DNA from: Bacillota bacterium
Lineage (GTDB): Bacteria; Bacillota; Dethiobacteria; Dethiobacterales; Dethiobacteraceae
Assembly (NCBI GenBank): GCA_012521405.1
Contig: JAAYMK010000067.1
Span: 7,393-71,392 of the forward strand
DNA: 64,000 nt
Direction of reading: 5' to 3'
Positions within the stretch are counted from its first letter, which is position 1; each line of letters starts with the position of its first letter. Below, piece after piece: positions 47,216 to 56,090 of the stretch. A program made the position numbers and the translations under genes. The notes beneath the pieces were generated by a model. It was not told the origin of the DNA and did no database searches. It saw nothing but the letters and a program-made list of their open reading frames with translations.

Positions 47216-48109
47216 TTAAGAAATTTTCTTGCTTCGTTGCTCGTAGATATGTTCCTGCTTCCTGCCGATGGTCATAATGATAAGAAAAATTGGCAACAGC
47301 AGAATGATTCCCCAGATGACGATTTGCATTAAAAGCTTGTCACTGGTCAGAGAATAATCCTCCTCCGGTGCGGTAGGTTGTGCCGGCGTTTGCGGAGCGG
47401 CAGGAGCTGCGGGCGCTGCCGGTGCGGCAGGAGCGCCAGTACTGCCAGGAACAGAAGCTGAAGATCCGTCTGCGGGGATAGCTGCCAGACCGTTGATGGC
47501 CACTACGCCGCTTTCCGGAATAGAAATGGTGAGGCTACCGTTGGCATCCGTAAAGCCTAGGGAAGTCCCAGTCTCAGGGTCAATAACTTCGGCATTGGCA
47601 AGGGGAGAGGAACTATAAGAAAAGGTGGTAAAATCAAGTACCCAGTCGGTGGCTGTAATGGTTACTTCAGCGCCCTCCACTAAAGCTGTGAGGGAAACAG
47701 CTTTTGCCGGTACCATCGGGTCACTGGACAGGGACATAATAATGTTATCCCCGTTTTTAACCGGGGTAACATCGGCTGTACCAGGATTTGCCGGAGCCCC
47801 CAGAGGCGCGTCGTTTAGGATGACAAAAGGAGTAGTGTTTATGCCCCATGCTTTGGAGATTAAAAACATGTTCCACATCGGATCAATGCCTGCTTCATAG
47901 CCGCTTTCTCCACCCGGGAAAAAAGCTGCGTGGGCTGCCCTCAAAACGCCGTCTACAGTCATTTCCGAGGGGGAGATAGGCTGAGCGGCAACTACGAGCT
48001 GTCCGTCAACACTTACAGTTACATAGACAGTTGCTTCTTCTGCCAATGCAACGGTAGTCAGCGCCAACGTCATAATCATGGCGATGACAAGTACGAATAC
48101 TTTTTTCAT
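47216..48109 (-). CDS. Secreted, C-terminally TM-anchored DUF4430-like protein, paralogue 2
   Basis: Same architecture as 43978-44817, with the core about 85% identical. ATG at 48109 lies 7 nt after aggagg. The linker contains (APA)n. Confidence 0.6.
   Translation of the reverse strand: MKKVFVLVIAMIMTLALTTVALAEEATVYVTVSVDGQLVVAAQPISPSEMTVDGVLRAAHAAFFPGGESGYEAGIDPMWNMFLISKAWGINTTPFVILNDAPLGAPANPGTADVTPVKNGDNIIMSLSSDPMVPAKAVSLTALVEGAEVTITATDWVLDFTTFSYSSSPLANAEVIDPETGTSLGFTDANGSLTISIPESGVVAINGLAAIPADGSSASVPGSTGAPAAPAAPAAPAAPQTPAQPTAPEEDYSLTSDKLLMQIVIWGIILLLPIFLIIMTIGRKQEHIYEQRSKKIS
47393..47434 (-). repeat. In-frame Ala-Pro-Ala tandem repeat in the linker of paralogue 2
   Basis: Encodes APAAPAAPAAPAAP (residues 232-245 of the track ORF). 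It is absent from paralogue 1, which has AGSGTEDPAAAPVAQPEE instead. Confidence 0.85.
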
Positions 48110-48572
48110 AGTGTTTCCTCCTGACAACGTTTTTGTTTGTTTAGTAGAGCTGCAAAAGTATGGGGCGGATAACGTGCGTTATATCCGCGTTTGCTGCAAA
48201 CAACCAATTTCTATCCGGTTTTTACATGACTACACGCAAAAACATCACCTCTCAGATTTTTTTAGCGGCTTGACCCCCGTTTTTCCATAACTATCGACAA
48301 AATAAGCTTGTACAACTTTGCACAAGTCCAGATGCTTTTGGGCATAAAAGAGAGAGCAGGGAGAGATGTTTAAGCACAATCATAGGGATTTTCGTAAGAT
48401 GATTATATTTTCTAATTTGCGTGAATCTTTGCTTGGGATTAATCCTCGCATCCATGGGACATTGTAAAGCAAAATGCGCGCAAAGTGTGTTATATTTTGT
48501 CGAATATTAAGAATTTCATAAGCCTTTAAAATAATTTAACAATTGGCAAAACTACAGTAATATAATAAATGC

Positions 48573-48596
48573 AAAAAAAAACCGGGGATGCCGGTA
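48573..48596 (-). terminator. Probable terminator after the mntR-like gene
   Basis: On the minus strand, a short accgg/ccggt stem is followed by T9. Confidence 0.45.
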
Positions 48597-48602
48597 TTAT
48601 TT

Positions 48603-49079
48603 TTAATCGGTTATACTGTGTTTAAATTCCCAAGCCCTCAGCAAATTTAAATTATCTTCCGGTTCGTGTTGATGTTCTGCTTGTAATTTGTGTAATGCTT
48701 GTAAAAGGTGAGGATTAGACTCAAAAAATGTAATTAAATTGTCAATAAGTTTCATGGTTTTGGGAGTGATATAATGCTCAATACCCTCAACTTGTTCATC
48801 AATTCCAGATTGGGCATTGAGCATGGTCAAAAATTTTTTTAAAGTGGCATCGCGCCAAACTAAAAATTTGCCATATTTATCTCCCAAGGGGGTAAGCGCA
48901 ATATTCCGGTATTTTTCATATTTAATAAAGCCGGCTTCGTCAAGCTTTTGTATCATTTTCGTTACGCTAGAAGCCTGAAATTGCAGTGCCTCTGAAATAT
49001 CAACGGCACGTACATACCCTTTTTCTTTAATCAAGCGATAAATCATTTCCAAATAATCTTCCATGCTTTCCGTAAGCAA
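48603..49079 (-). CDS. mntR: DtxR/MntR-family metal-dependent transcriptional regulator
   Basis: SMEDYLEMIYRLIKEKGYVRAVDISEAL...SSVTKMIQKLD...EKYR...VEGIEH aligns closely with B. subtilis MntR. The position of MntR His77 is Asp here. Confidence 0.85.
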   Translation of the reverse strand: MLTESMEDYLEMIYRLIKEKGYVRAVDISEALQFQASSVTKMIQKLDEAGFIKYEKYRNIALTPLGDKYGKFLVWRDATLKKFLTMLNAQSGIDEQVEGIEHYITPKTMKLIDNLITFFESNPHLLQALHKLQAEHQHEPEDNLNLLRAWEFKHSITD

Positions 49080-49116
49080 AATTTTTCCTCCATTCTTCGC
49101 TTAGTGGAACCTTACA

Positions 49117-49134
49117 ATTTTAGACTATGCTAAA
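49117..49134. promoter_or_regulatory. AT-rich palindrome in the mntR promoter region (candidate autoregulatory box)
   Basis: TTTTAG-N6-CTAAAA, overlapping a putative GTGACA-N16-TAAAAT promoter on the minus strand. Confidence 0.35.
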
Positions 49135-49170
49135 AAGTTGTCACTAATGACTTCTAATCTTCGAGATTTA

Positions 49171-49200
49171 TAAAAAACACTGCCGGTTACCGGCAGTGTT
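49171..49200 (-). terminator. Rho-independent terminator after feoB
   Basis: aacactgccgg tta ccggcagtgtt forms an 11-bp perfect stem. A T6 run follows on the minus strand. Confidence 0.8.
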
Positions 49201-49252
49201 GAAAAGACTGAAACAAATAGGCGTATCCAGTCTGTGTGCATTTGCAGCCATG

Positions 49253-51400
49253 TTATACCAGTCCTAGGATGCGGGCCCCTTGAGCCACAAGAAAACAAAT
49301 TATTATCCCGGTCACGGTAGGAATAATGAAGGAGAGTAGCGTCCATTTGAAGCTTTGCGTTTCCTTGCGTATGGTCCAAAGGGTCGTGCCGCAAGGCCAG
49401 TGGTTAAGTGTAAACAGCATCATACAAACTGCCGTTACCCACGTCCAACCGTGATCTAAAAATAATTGTTTTAATTCCAACAAACTATCCAACTCAAGCA
49501 TGGAGCTTTCCGCCATATATCCCATAATTAAAATGGGGATGACAATTTCGTTGGCCGGCAGGCCTAAAATAAAAGCCATTAAAATATAACCGTCTAAACC
49601 CATAAGTTGGGCAAAGGGGTGTAAAAATTGAGCGCAATGGGCAAGCAAGCTTTGCCCCTGCACGGAAAAGTTAGCCATGACCCAAATAATTAAACCTGCA
49701 GGAGCGGCAATGGCCACGGCACGGCCGAGGACAAAAAGCGTGCGGTCAAAGATGGAGCGGATAATAATTTTGCCGATCTGTGGTTTTCTATAAGGCGGCA
49801 GTTCCAAAGTGAAGGAGGAAGGCAGGCCTTTTAAAATAGTAGAGGACAAAAGCCTGGAAGTCAGAAAAGTGAGCAGGATGCCCAGAATGATGGTAGACAA
49901 AACGGCAATTGTTGCCGCCAAAGAGCTAAAAATACCGGCGCTTCCCACCAGGAAAATGCCGGCCAGGGCTATTAAAGTAGGGAAACGTCCGTTGCAGGGA
50001 ACAAAATTGTTGGTAAGAATGGCAAGCAAACGCTCCCGGGGAGAATCAATAATCCTGCAGGCAATTACACCGGCAGCATTGCACCCAAATCCCATGCACA
50101 TTGTCAGAGCTTGCTTGCCGTGTGCACAGGCTTTTTTAAAATAGTGATCTAAATTAAATGCCACCCGCGGCAAATACCCCAGATCTTCCAGGAGGGTAAA
50201 GAGGGGGAAAAAGATAGCCATCGGCGGCAACATGACGGAAACAACCCAAGCTAAAGTGCGATAAACACCATGAATGAGAATCTCGTGTACTAAAGCGGGT
50301 GCGCCCAGCCAATGTAAAAAAAAGGTTAAATATCTTTCCACGTGAAAGAAAATAGTGGCCAGGAGAGCAGAAGGGTAGTTTGCCCCTTTGATTGTTAGCC
50401 AAAAAACAACACCCAAAAGGGCAATCATAATGGGGATACCGAAAAAACGGGAAGTTAAAATTCCGTCTAGGGTACGGTCGAAGTAGTTATAATTTTTGTT
50501 TTCCACGATAACAACTTGCTTACTAATTTTTTCCGCTGTTTTAATGAGAGAAGCAACTATACGGTCGCGCAATTCATTAAGATCTATGTGGTTCTTTTTT
50601 AAAAACAGCTGTGCTTTCGCTAAATTTTCCGCCAAGGCTTCATCTGCGGATAAAACAAAATTGAAAAAATGATCCATTACTTCAAAGAGAGCTTGATCCG
50701 AGTCTAAAAGGCGTAATGCCACCCAACGGCTATTAATTTTATCTCCTAATAATGCATGCACACGGGGTTCAATTTGCTCAACTGCTTCTTGTAATAAGCG
50801 GTCGTATTCGATGTGCCTTGGTCTTGTCTGAATCTGCCCTTTGGCAACAGATTTTATTGTTTCCTTTAACTCCAATAAGCCTTCACCCGTTCTGGCGGCG
50901 GTGCCGACAACAGGAATTCCCAGCAAAGTAGACAGCTTATTTAAATTAACGTGAATACCTTTTTTTCTGGCTTCATCCATTAAATTTACACACAGGATTA
51001 CTTTATCGGTTATCTCCATAATCTGTAAAACCAAATTTAAATTTCTTTCCAAGCAGGTGGCATCCGCCACCACCACGGTAACATGGGGTTGCCCAAAGCA
51101 AATAAAATCCCTGGCAATCTGCTCTTCCACCGAATTTGCCAGTAAGGAATATGTCCCGGGCAAATCAATAAGGATATATTTATCTCCGTCATAAGTATAT
51201 TTGCCCTGGGCATTAGTGACAGTTTTGCCCGGCCAGTTTCCCGTATGCTGTTTAAGGCCGGTGAGGCTGTTAAAAACGGTGCTTTTGCCTGTATTGGGAT
51301 TACCCGCCAAGGCCACAATCAAATCGGCCTGTGAGTCTGTTTGCACAGCAAACATTTCTTTTAAGATGCTTGCGCCCGTAGATTGGAGTGTTAAGCCCAT
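49253..51400 (-). CDS. feoB: Ferrous iron transporter FeoB
   Basis: N-terminal G-domain GNPNTGKST...DLPG, followed by a large polytopic permease; 715 aa. Confidence 0.9.
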   Translation of the reverse strand: MGLTLQSTGASILKEMFAVQTDSQADLIVALAGNPNTGKSTVFNSLTGLKQHTGNWPGKTVTNAQGKYTYDGDKYILIDLPGTYSLLANSVEEQIARDFICFGQPHVTVVVADATCLERNLNLVLQIMEITDKVILCVNLMDEARKKGIHVNLNKLSTLLGIPVVGTAARTGEGLLELKETIKSVAKGQIQTRPRHIEYDRLLQEAVEQIEPRVHALLGDKINSRWVALRLLDSDQALFEVMDHFFNFVLSADEALAENLAKAQLFLKKNHIDLNELRDRIVASLIKTAEKISKQVVIVENKNYNYFDRTLDGILTSRFFGIPIMIALLGVVFWLTIKGANYPSALLATIFFHVERYLTFFLHWLGAPALVHEILIHGVYRTLAWVVSVMLPPMAIFFPLFTLLEDLGYLPRVAFNLDHYFKKACAHGKQALTMCMGFGCNAAGVIACRIIDSPRERLLAILTNNFVPCNGRFPTLIALAGIFLVGSAGIFSSLAATIAVLSTIILGILLTFLTSRLLSSTILKGLPSSFTLELPPYRKPQIGKIIIRSIFDRTLFVLGRAVAIAAPAGLIIWVMANFSVQGQSLLAHCAQFLHPFAQLMGLDGYILMAFILGLPANEIVIPILIMGYMAESSMLELDSLLELKQLFLDHGWTWVTAVCMMLFTLNHWPCGTTLWTIRKETQSFKWTLLSFIIPTVTGIIICFLVAQGARILGLV

Positions 51401-51439
51401 GGAGCGGAACTTTCCTTTCTTTATAAATTGTTTTTTATT

Positions 51440-51685
51440 TTAATCATGTATGATTTCCACAAAAAGTTTTGCTGCTTCTTCTGCCCGCAATGCTATGACG
51501 GCACCTCTAATTTGATATGCTGTGGGATCTCCTGCCGGACTTTTTCTTAAAACTTCGACCACAGTGTCGTTAATTAAGCCTAAATCAAGCAATCTGCGAC
51601 GTGCCTGACCTTCGGCAATTAGTTTTTTTACTTTACCGTAAAAGCCTGTCGGTACCTGATTTAGGGGAATTAATTTTCTGTTCAT
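51440..51685 (-). CDS. feoA: FeoA-family protein
   Basis: SH3-like FeoA pattern L..VP.G..G.V..L......RRRLLDLGL..DT.VEV. ATG at 51685 lies 6 nt after gggagg. Confidence 0.8.
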   Translation of the reverse strand: MNRKLIPLNQVPTGFYGKVKKLIAEGQARRRLLDLGLINDTVVEVLRKSPAGDPTAYQIRGAVIALRAEEAAKLFVEIIHD

Positions 51686-51904
51686 AAAAATCCTCCCGTC
51701 GGTCATAAATCTACTCTGAGGCAACATCTTTCGCCAAAGCTAATTCACAATATGCCATTAGGAAAATACATGTTACAGTTTTTGCATGACCGGCAGAAAT
51801 AAAATAAGTTTCTACCCCTTAACACTGGGGAAATTAGTAAGAGCATGAGGAGCAGATAAAATGACGCTAACATGAAAAAACTTCTTAATATGGTGTTAAA
51901 ACAG

Positions 51905-52081
51905 ATTGACACTATTGGTTGTTTATGGTATAAAAAAATTAAAGCAATAAATTATTTTTATACCACATCACAAGTGAAATTTTTAGCAATCCTGCGCCAA
52001 AATAGTTTACTCACCAAAAAAAGAAGTTGAAAACAAGCAGTGGACGCTTACCTTTTGCCTTTGTGCAGGGTAAGCGTTTTT
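51905..52081 (+). promoter_or_regulatory. Promoter-to-terminator unit without an ORF (candidate sRNA or hydE leader/attenuator)
   Basis: TTGACA-N17-TATAAA at 51905-51933. An 11-bp hairpin tggtataaaaa/tttttatacca lies at 51926-51965. Terminator acgcttacc/ggtaagcgt plus ttttgc lies at 52044-52081. Confidence 0.4.
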
Positions 52082-52176
52082 GCAAAAATTACCAAAAAAG
52101 CAGGCTAGTTTTTATACATCTTCTTGGATATACAAGTATAGTGAATTGATGCCCGATAAAGCAAAGGGTGATTTAT

Positions 52177-53238
52177 ATGAAACAAAATATACAGAAAGTT
52201 ATTGATAAAGCGGTAAGAAAACATGAATTAACGAGAGAAGAAATTATTGTTCTGCTTTCATGTGAATTTTTCCACAAAAACAGTCTCTTTGTAGCCGCAA
52301 ATCGTGTCCGTGAAAAGTATCTGGGGGATGCAGTTCACCTGCGGGGGCTGATTGAATTTTCCAATTACTGCCGGCGCAACTGCAGCTACTGCGGTTTGCA
52401 GTGTGCAAATAAAAAACTAAAACGTTATCGTATGTCAATGAAGGAAATTTATCAAGCTGCTTTAGGTGCCTATGCTTTAGGCTACCGCACAATAGTGTTG
52501 CAGTCAGGTGAAGATTTTTACTACGATGCAGATAAAATTGCCGATTTGGTGCGTCGCATAAAAAAACTTGGCCTTGCTGTGACATTAAGCTGCGGGGTAA
52601 GGAGCTTCGAAGAATACCGCCTCTGGCGTGAAGCCGGGGCAGATAGATATCTTCTCAAACATGAAACTGCCGATCCGGCTTTATATCAAACATTGCATCC
52701 TGATTCCAGCTTTTCTGAACGACTGGAGGCTCTCATACATTTGCGCAGGTTAGGGTATCAAGTAGGTTCCGGTTGTATTGTGGGACTACCGGGACAGACC
52801 CTGGAATCATTGGCAGATGATCTGCTTTTCTTAAAAGCATTGGATGTGGAAATGGCCGGAATCGGTCCCTTTATTCCCCATCCTGATACACCCCTGATGT
52901 CCTTTCCTCAAGGTTCGGCGGAAATGGTATTAAAAATGGTGGCTGTTTTGCGACTGCTTTTGCCCCTTGCTCATCTTCCCGCAACCACTGCTTTAGCCAC
53001 CGTGGGAAATGATTTTAGAGCGCAAGCGCTGCGCTGCGGTGCCAATGTGATAATGCCCAATGTAACGCCCCGTAAGTACAGGCAACTTTATGCCATTTAT
53101 CCCCATAAAGCCGGTGTTAAGGATACACCTGTAAAGAGCCGGCAGCAAATTGTGGAAATGATTACGGCTTTGGGCAGAAAAATTGCTACGGATCAGGGAC
53201 ATAGCCCCAAAGAAAAATTCTGCCAGGCTGTAAGTTAA
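52177..53238 (+). CDS. hydE: [FeFe]-hydrogenase maturase HydE (radical SAM)
   Basis: CRRNCSYCGL radical-SAM motif, BioB-like body, located next to hydF and hydG. Confidence 0.85.
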   Translation: MKQNIQKVIDKAVRKHELTREEIIVLLSCEFFHKNSLFVAANRVREKYLGDAVHLRGLIEFSNYCRRNCSYCGLQCANKKLKRYRMSMKEIYQAALGAYALGYRTIVLQSGEDFYYDADKIADLVRRIKKLGLAVTLSCGVRSFEEYRLWREAGADRYLLKHETADPALYQTLHPDSSFSERLEALIHLRRLGYQVGSGCIVGLPGQTLESLADDLLFLKALDVEMAGIGPFIPHPDTPLMSFPQGSAEMVLKMVAVLRLLLPLAHLPATTALATVGNDFRAQALRCGANVIMPNVTPRKYRQLYAIYPHKAGVKDTPVKSRQQIVEMITALGRKIATDQGHSPKEKFCQAVS

Positions 53239-53259
53239 GTGTAGGAAGGAGTGCCTTTT

Positions 53260-54492
53260 TTGCAGACAACACCCAGAGGAAACCGCCTGCACATTGCTTT
53301 GTTCGGTCGTCGCAATGTAGGTAAATCCAGTATAATTAATGCCATCACCAGCCAGGAAATCGCTTTAGTGTCACCTATCCCCGGTACAACTACTGATCCT
53401 GTTTTTAAAGCCATGGAAATTCCCCCCCTTGGACCTGTTGTCTTAATTGATACGGCAGGTTTAGATGATGAGGGCAGCTTGGGAGAATTGCGGGTTAAGC
53501 GTTCTCGCCAAATTTTACAACAGGCAGAGATGGTGCTTGTAGTGTTGGAAGCCGGCTGTCCGCTGACTGTCCAAGAGCGGGAATTTCTTTTGCTTTGTAA
53601 AGAAAAGAAACTGCCTGTAGTGGCTGCAGTGAATAAAATTGATCAACAAGAATTTGTTGCAGATTTAGCAAAGCAACTAAAAGAATTGGCAATACCCGCC
53701 GTTCCTGTCAGTGCTTTAACCGGAGAGGGCATTACCGCATTAAAAATTGCTTTAATCCAAGCGGCTCCTGCTGACTGGGATGAGCGGCCTTTGGTGGGAG
53801 ATTTACTGGAGCCCGGTGAGGTGGCTGTTTTGGTTGTGCCCATTGACAAGGCGGCACCAAAAGGAAGGCTGATTTTGCCGCAGGTGCAAACTTTGCGGGA
53901 TCTTTTAGACAATAATGCCCTTGCTGTTGTATGTAAAGAAGATAAATTACAAAGCGCCCTTCAGGGGAGGAAAGTGAGAATTGTCATTACCGATTCGCAA
54001 GTCTTTGCCAAGGTGGAAGCGCAAACACCGCCGGATGTGCTTTTAACTTCCTTTTCCATTCTTTTTGCGCGACAAAAGGGGGATTTATTAACTTTGGCCG
54101 CCGGTGCAAAGGCAATTGAGCAATTACGTCCGGGCGACAAAGTTTTAGTGTCGGAAGCTTGCACACACCACCGCATTGAAGATGATATTGGGCGGGTTAA
54201 ACTGCCACGTTTATTAGAGCGGAAGGTGGGTGGCAAGTTACAATTTGCTTTTTCTAGCGGGGGCTCTTTTCCCGAAGAGCTGCCTGCATATAAACTGATT
54301 TTGCACTGTGGCGGTTGTATGATTAACAGGCGGGCCATGCTATCTCGCATTGCCCAAGCAAGAGAAGCCGGTGTTCCCATCGTCAATTATGGAGTAGCCA
54401 TTGCCCATCTCTTGGGAATTCTGCCGCGTGCTCTGTCTCCTTTTCCCGAGATTGGCCGGCAGTTATTCCCGCAAATATATAAAGAAAGGTAG
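53260..54492 (+). CDS. hydF: [FeFe]-hydrogenase maturation GTPase HydF
   Basis: GRRNVGKSS P-loop, DTAG, NKID, and C-terminal CTHH...HCGGC cluster motif. A TTG start at 53260 is preferred on RBS spacing; the track start at 53251 abuts the RBS. Confidence 0.85.
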   Translation: MQTTPRGNRLHIALFGRRNVGKSSIINAITSQEIALVSPIPGTTTDPVFKAMEIPPLGPVVLIDTAGLDDEGSLGELRVKRSRQILQQAEMVLVVLEAGCPLTVQEREFLLLCKEKKLPVVAAVNKIDQQEFVADLAKQLKELAIPAVPVSALTGEGITALKIALIQAAPADWDERPLVGDLLEPGEVAVLVVPIDKAAPKGRLILPQVQTLRDLLDNNALAVVCKEDKLQSALQGRKVRIVITDSQVFAKVEAQTPPDVLLTSFSILFARQKGDLLTLAAGAKAIEQLRPGDKVLVSEACTHHRIEDDIGRVKLPRLLERKVGGKLQFAFSSGGSFPEELPAYKLILHCGGCMINRRAMLSRIAQAREAGVPIVNYGVAIAHLLGILPRALSPFPEIGRQLFPQIYKER

Positions 54493-54500
54493 ATGCAGAA

Positions 54501-55943
54501 ATGGGAAAAAATACTCAAAGAGCAAAGGAGTGGGAGGCAGCCGCATTTATTCGGGAAGAAGAAATAGAAAAATTATTGACAGCTGCCCAAAATGCTTCCA
54601 AAGAAGAAATAATGGCCATTATTGAGAAAGCAAGACAAGCGCAAGGTTTAACACTGCCGGAAGTGGCGGTGTTGCTGCAGATTACCGATGGGGAATTGCT
54701 AGATGAAGTTTTTGCTGCAGCCAAAGAAGTTAAACAGCGTATTTATGGTCAGCGCGTCGTAATTTTTGCTCCCCTTTATGTCAGTGATTTTTGTGTTAAT
54801 AGTTGCCGCTACTGCGGTTACCAAAGAAACAATAAATTTAAGCGACGGAAACTTACCCGTGAAGAATTAATTCAGGAAGTAAAACTGCTGGAGAGTATGG
54901 GGCATAAACGTTTGGCTTTGGAAACGGGAGAACATCCAACGGAATGTCCACTGGAATATGTCTTGGACTGTATTGAAACCATCTACGGTATCAAATTTGA
55001 GAATGGCAGTATTCGGCGCATTAATGTCAATATTGCCGCCACCACCATCGACGAGTACCGGCGCCTTAAAGCTGCAGGAATTGGCACATATATTCTTTTC
55101 CAAGAAACATACCACCGGGATACTTATGCCAAAATGCATCCTGCAGGCCCAAAGGCCGATTATGACTGGCATACCACGTCTCATGACCGGGCCATGCTAG
55201 GTGGCATTGATGATGTCGGTTTGGGAGTTCTTTTTGGCCTCTATGATTACAAATTTGAAGTGTTGGCTTTACTGCAGCATGCACAACATTTAGAAGCACG
55301 TTTTGGTGTGGGACCGCACACCATTTCCGTACCCCGTTTACGCCCGGCCCATGGGGTTGATTTGACTACTTTTCCCTATTTAGTCGGTGATGAAGATTTC
55401 GCCAAAATAGTTGCCATCCTGCGCTTGGCCGTACCTTATACAGGATTAATTCTTTCTACCCGCGAGACGCCGGAGTTTCGTGATCGGCTTTTAAATTACG
55501 GTATCTCGCAAGTTTCTGCCGCCAGTTCCACCGGTGTGGGAGGTTATATGGAAAAGCAAAAAAGGATCGGCAGCGATGAAGAGGCAGAGGAAGGATCACC
55601 ACAGTTTGTCGTGGAAGATACGCGCAGTATGGATGAAGTGCTAACCAGTATTTGTGCTTCAGGTTACCTGCCCAGTTTTTGTACTGCATGTTATCGTCAA
55701 GGGCGGACGGGAGATCGTTTTATGGCACTGGCGAAAACAGGGCAAATTCAAAATGTTTGCCAACCAAATGCCATTTTAACCTTTAAAGAATATTTACTGG
55801 ATTATGCCTCACCTGAAATGCGTCAATTGGGGGAAAAAGTAATTAACCGCCATTTGCTGCAGATAGAAGATGAAACGATCCGGGCCCTGACAAAAGAGCG
55901 ATTACAGCAGCTTGAACAGGGAAAACGTGACTTATACTTTTAA
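54501..55943 (+). CDS. hydG: [FeFe]-hydrogenase maturase HydG (radical SAM tyrosine lyase)
   Basis: CVNSCRYCGY N-terminal motif and C-terminal CTACYR auxiliary-cluster motif; 480 aa. Confidence 0.88.
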   Translation: MGKNTQRAKEWEAAAFIREEEIEKLLTAAQNASKEEIMAIIEKARQAQGLTLPEVAVLLQITDGELLDEVFAAAKEVKQRIYGQRVVIFAPLYVSDFCVNSCRYCGYQRNNKFKRRKLTREELIQEVKLLESMGHKRLALETGEHPTECPLEYVLDCIETIYGIKFENGSIRRINVNIAATTIDEYRRLKAAGIGTYILFQETYHRDTYAKMHPAGPKADYDWHTTSHDRAMLGGIDDVGLGVLFGLYDYKFEVLALLQHAQHLEARFGVGPHTISVPRLRPAHGVDLTTFPYLVGDEDFAKIVAILRLAVPYTGLILSTRETPEFRDRLLNYGISQVSAASSTGVGGYMEKQKRIGSDEEAEEGSPQFVVEDTRSMDEVLTSICASGYLPSFCTACYRQGRTGDRFMALAKTGQIQNVCQPNAILTFKEYLLDYASPEMRQLGEKVINRHLLQIEDETIRALTKERLQQLEQGKRDLYF

Positions 55944-56090
55944 TTTACAGTTTTTCTTTTTTATTGACAGAGATAGAAAGAAAGTTTATCATAAAAATAA
56001 TGGTAATGTTAGCTTTTTTAACCGTTTTAGTTAAATTTTTCACGATATTTTAAGTATTGTTGGTTTTAAGGGGCAAAAGGAGCTGTATAG

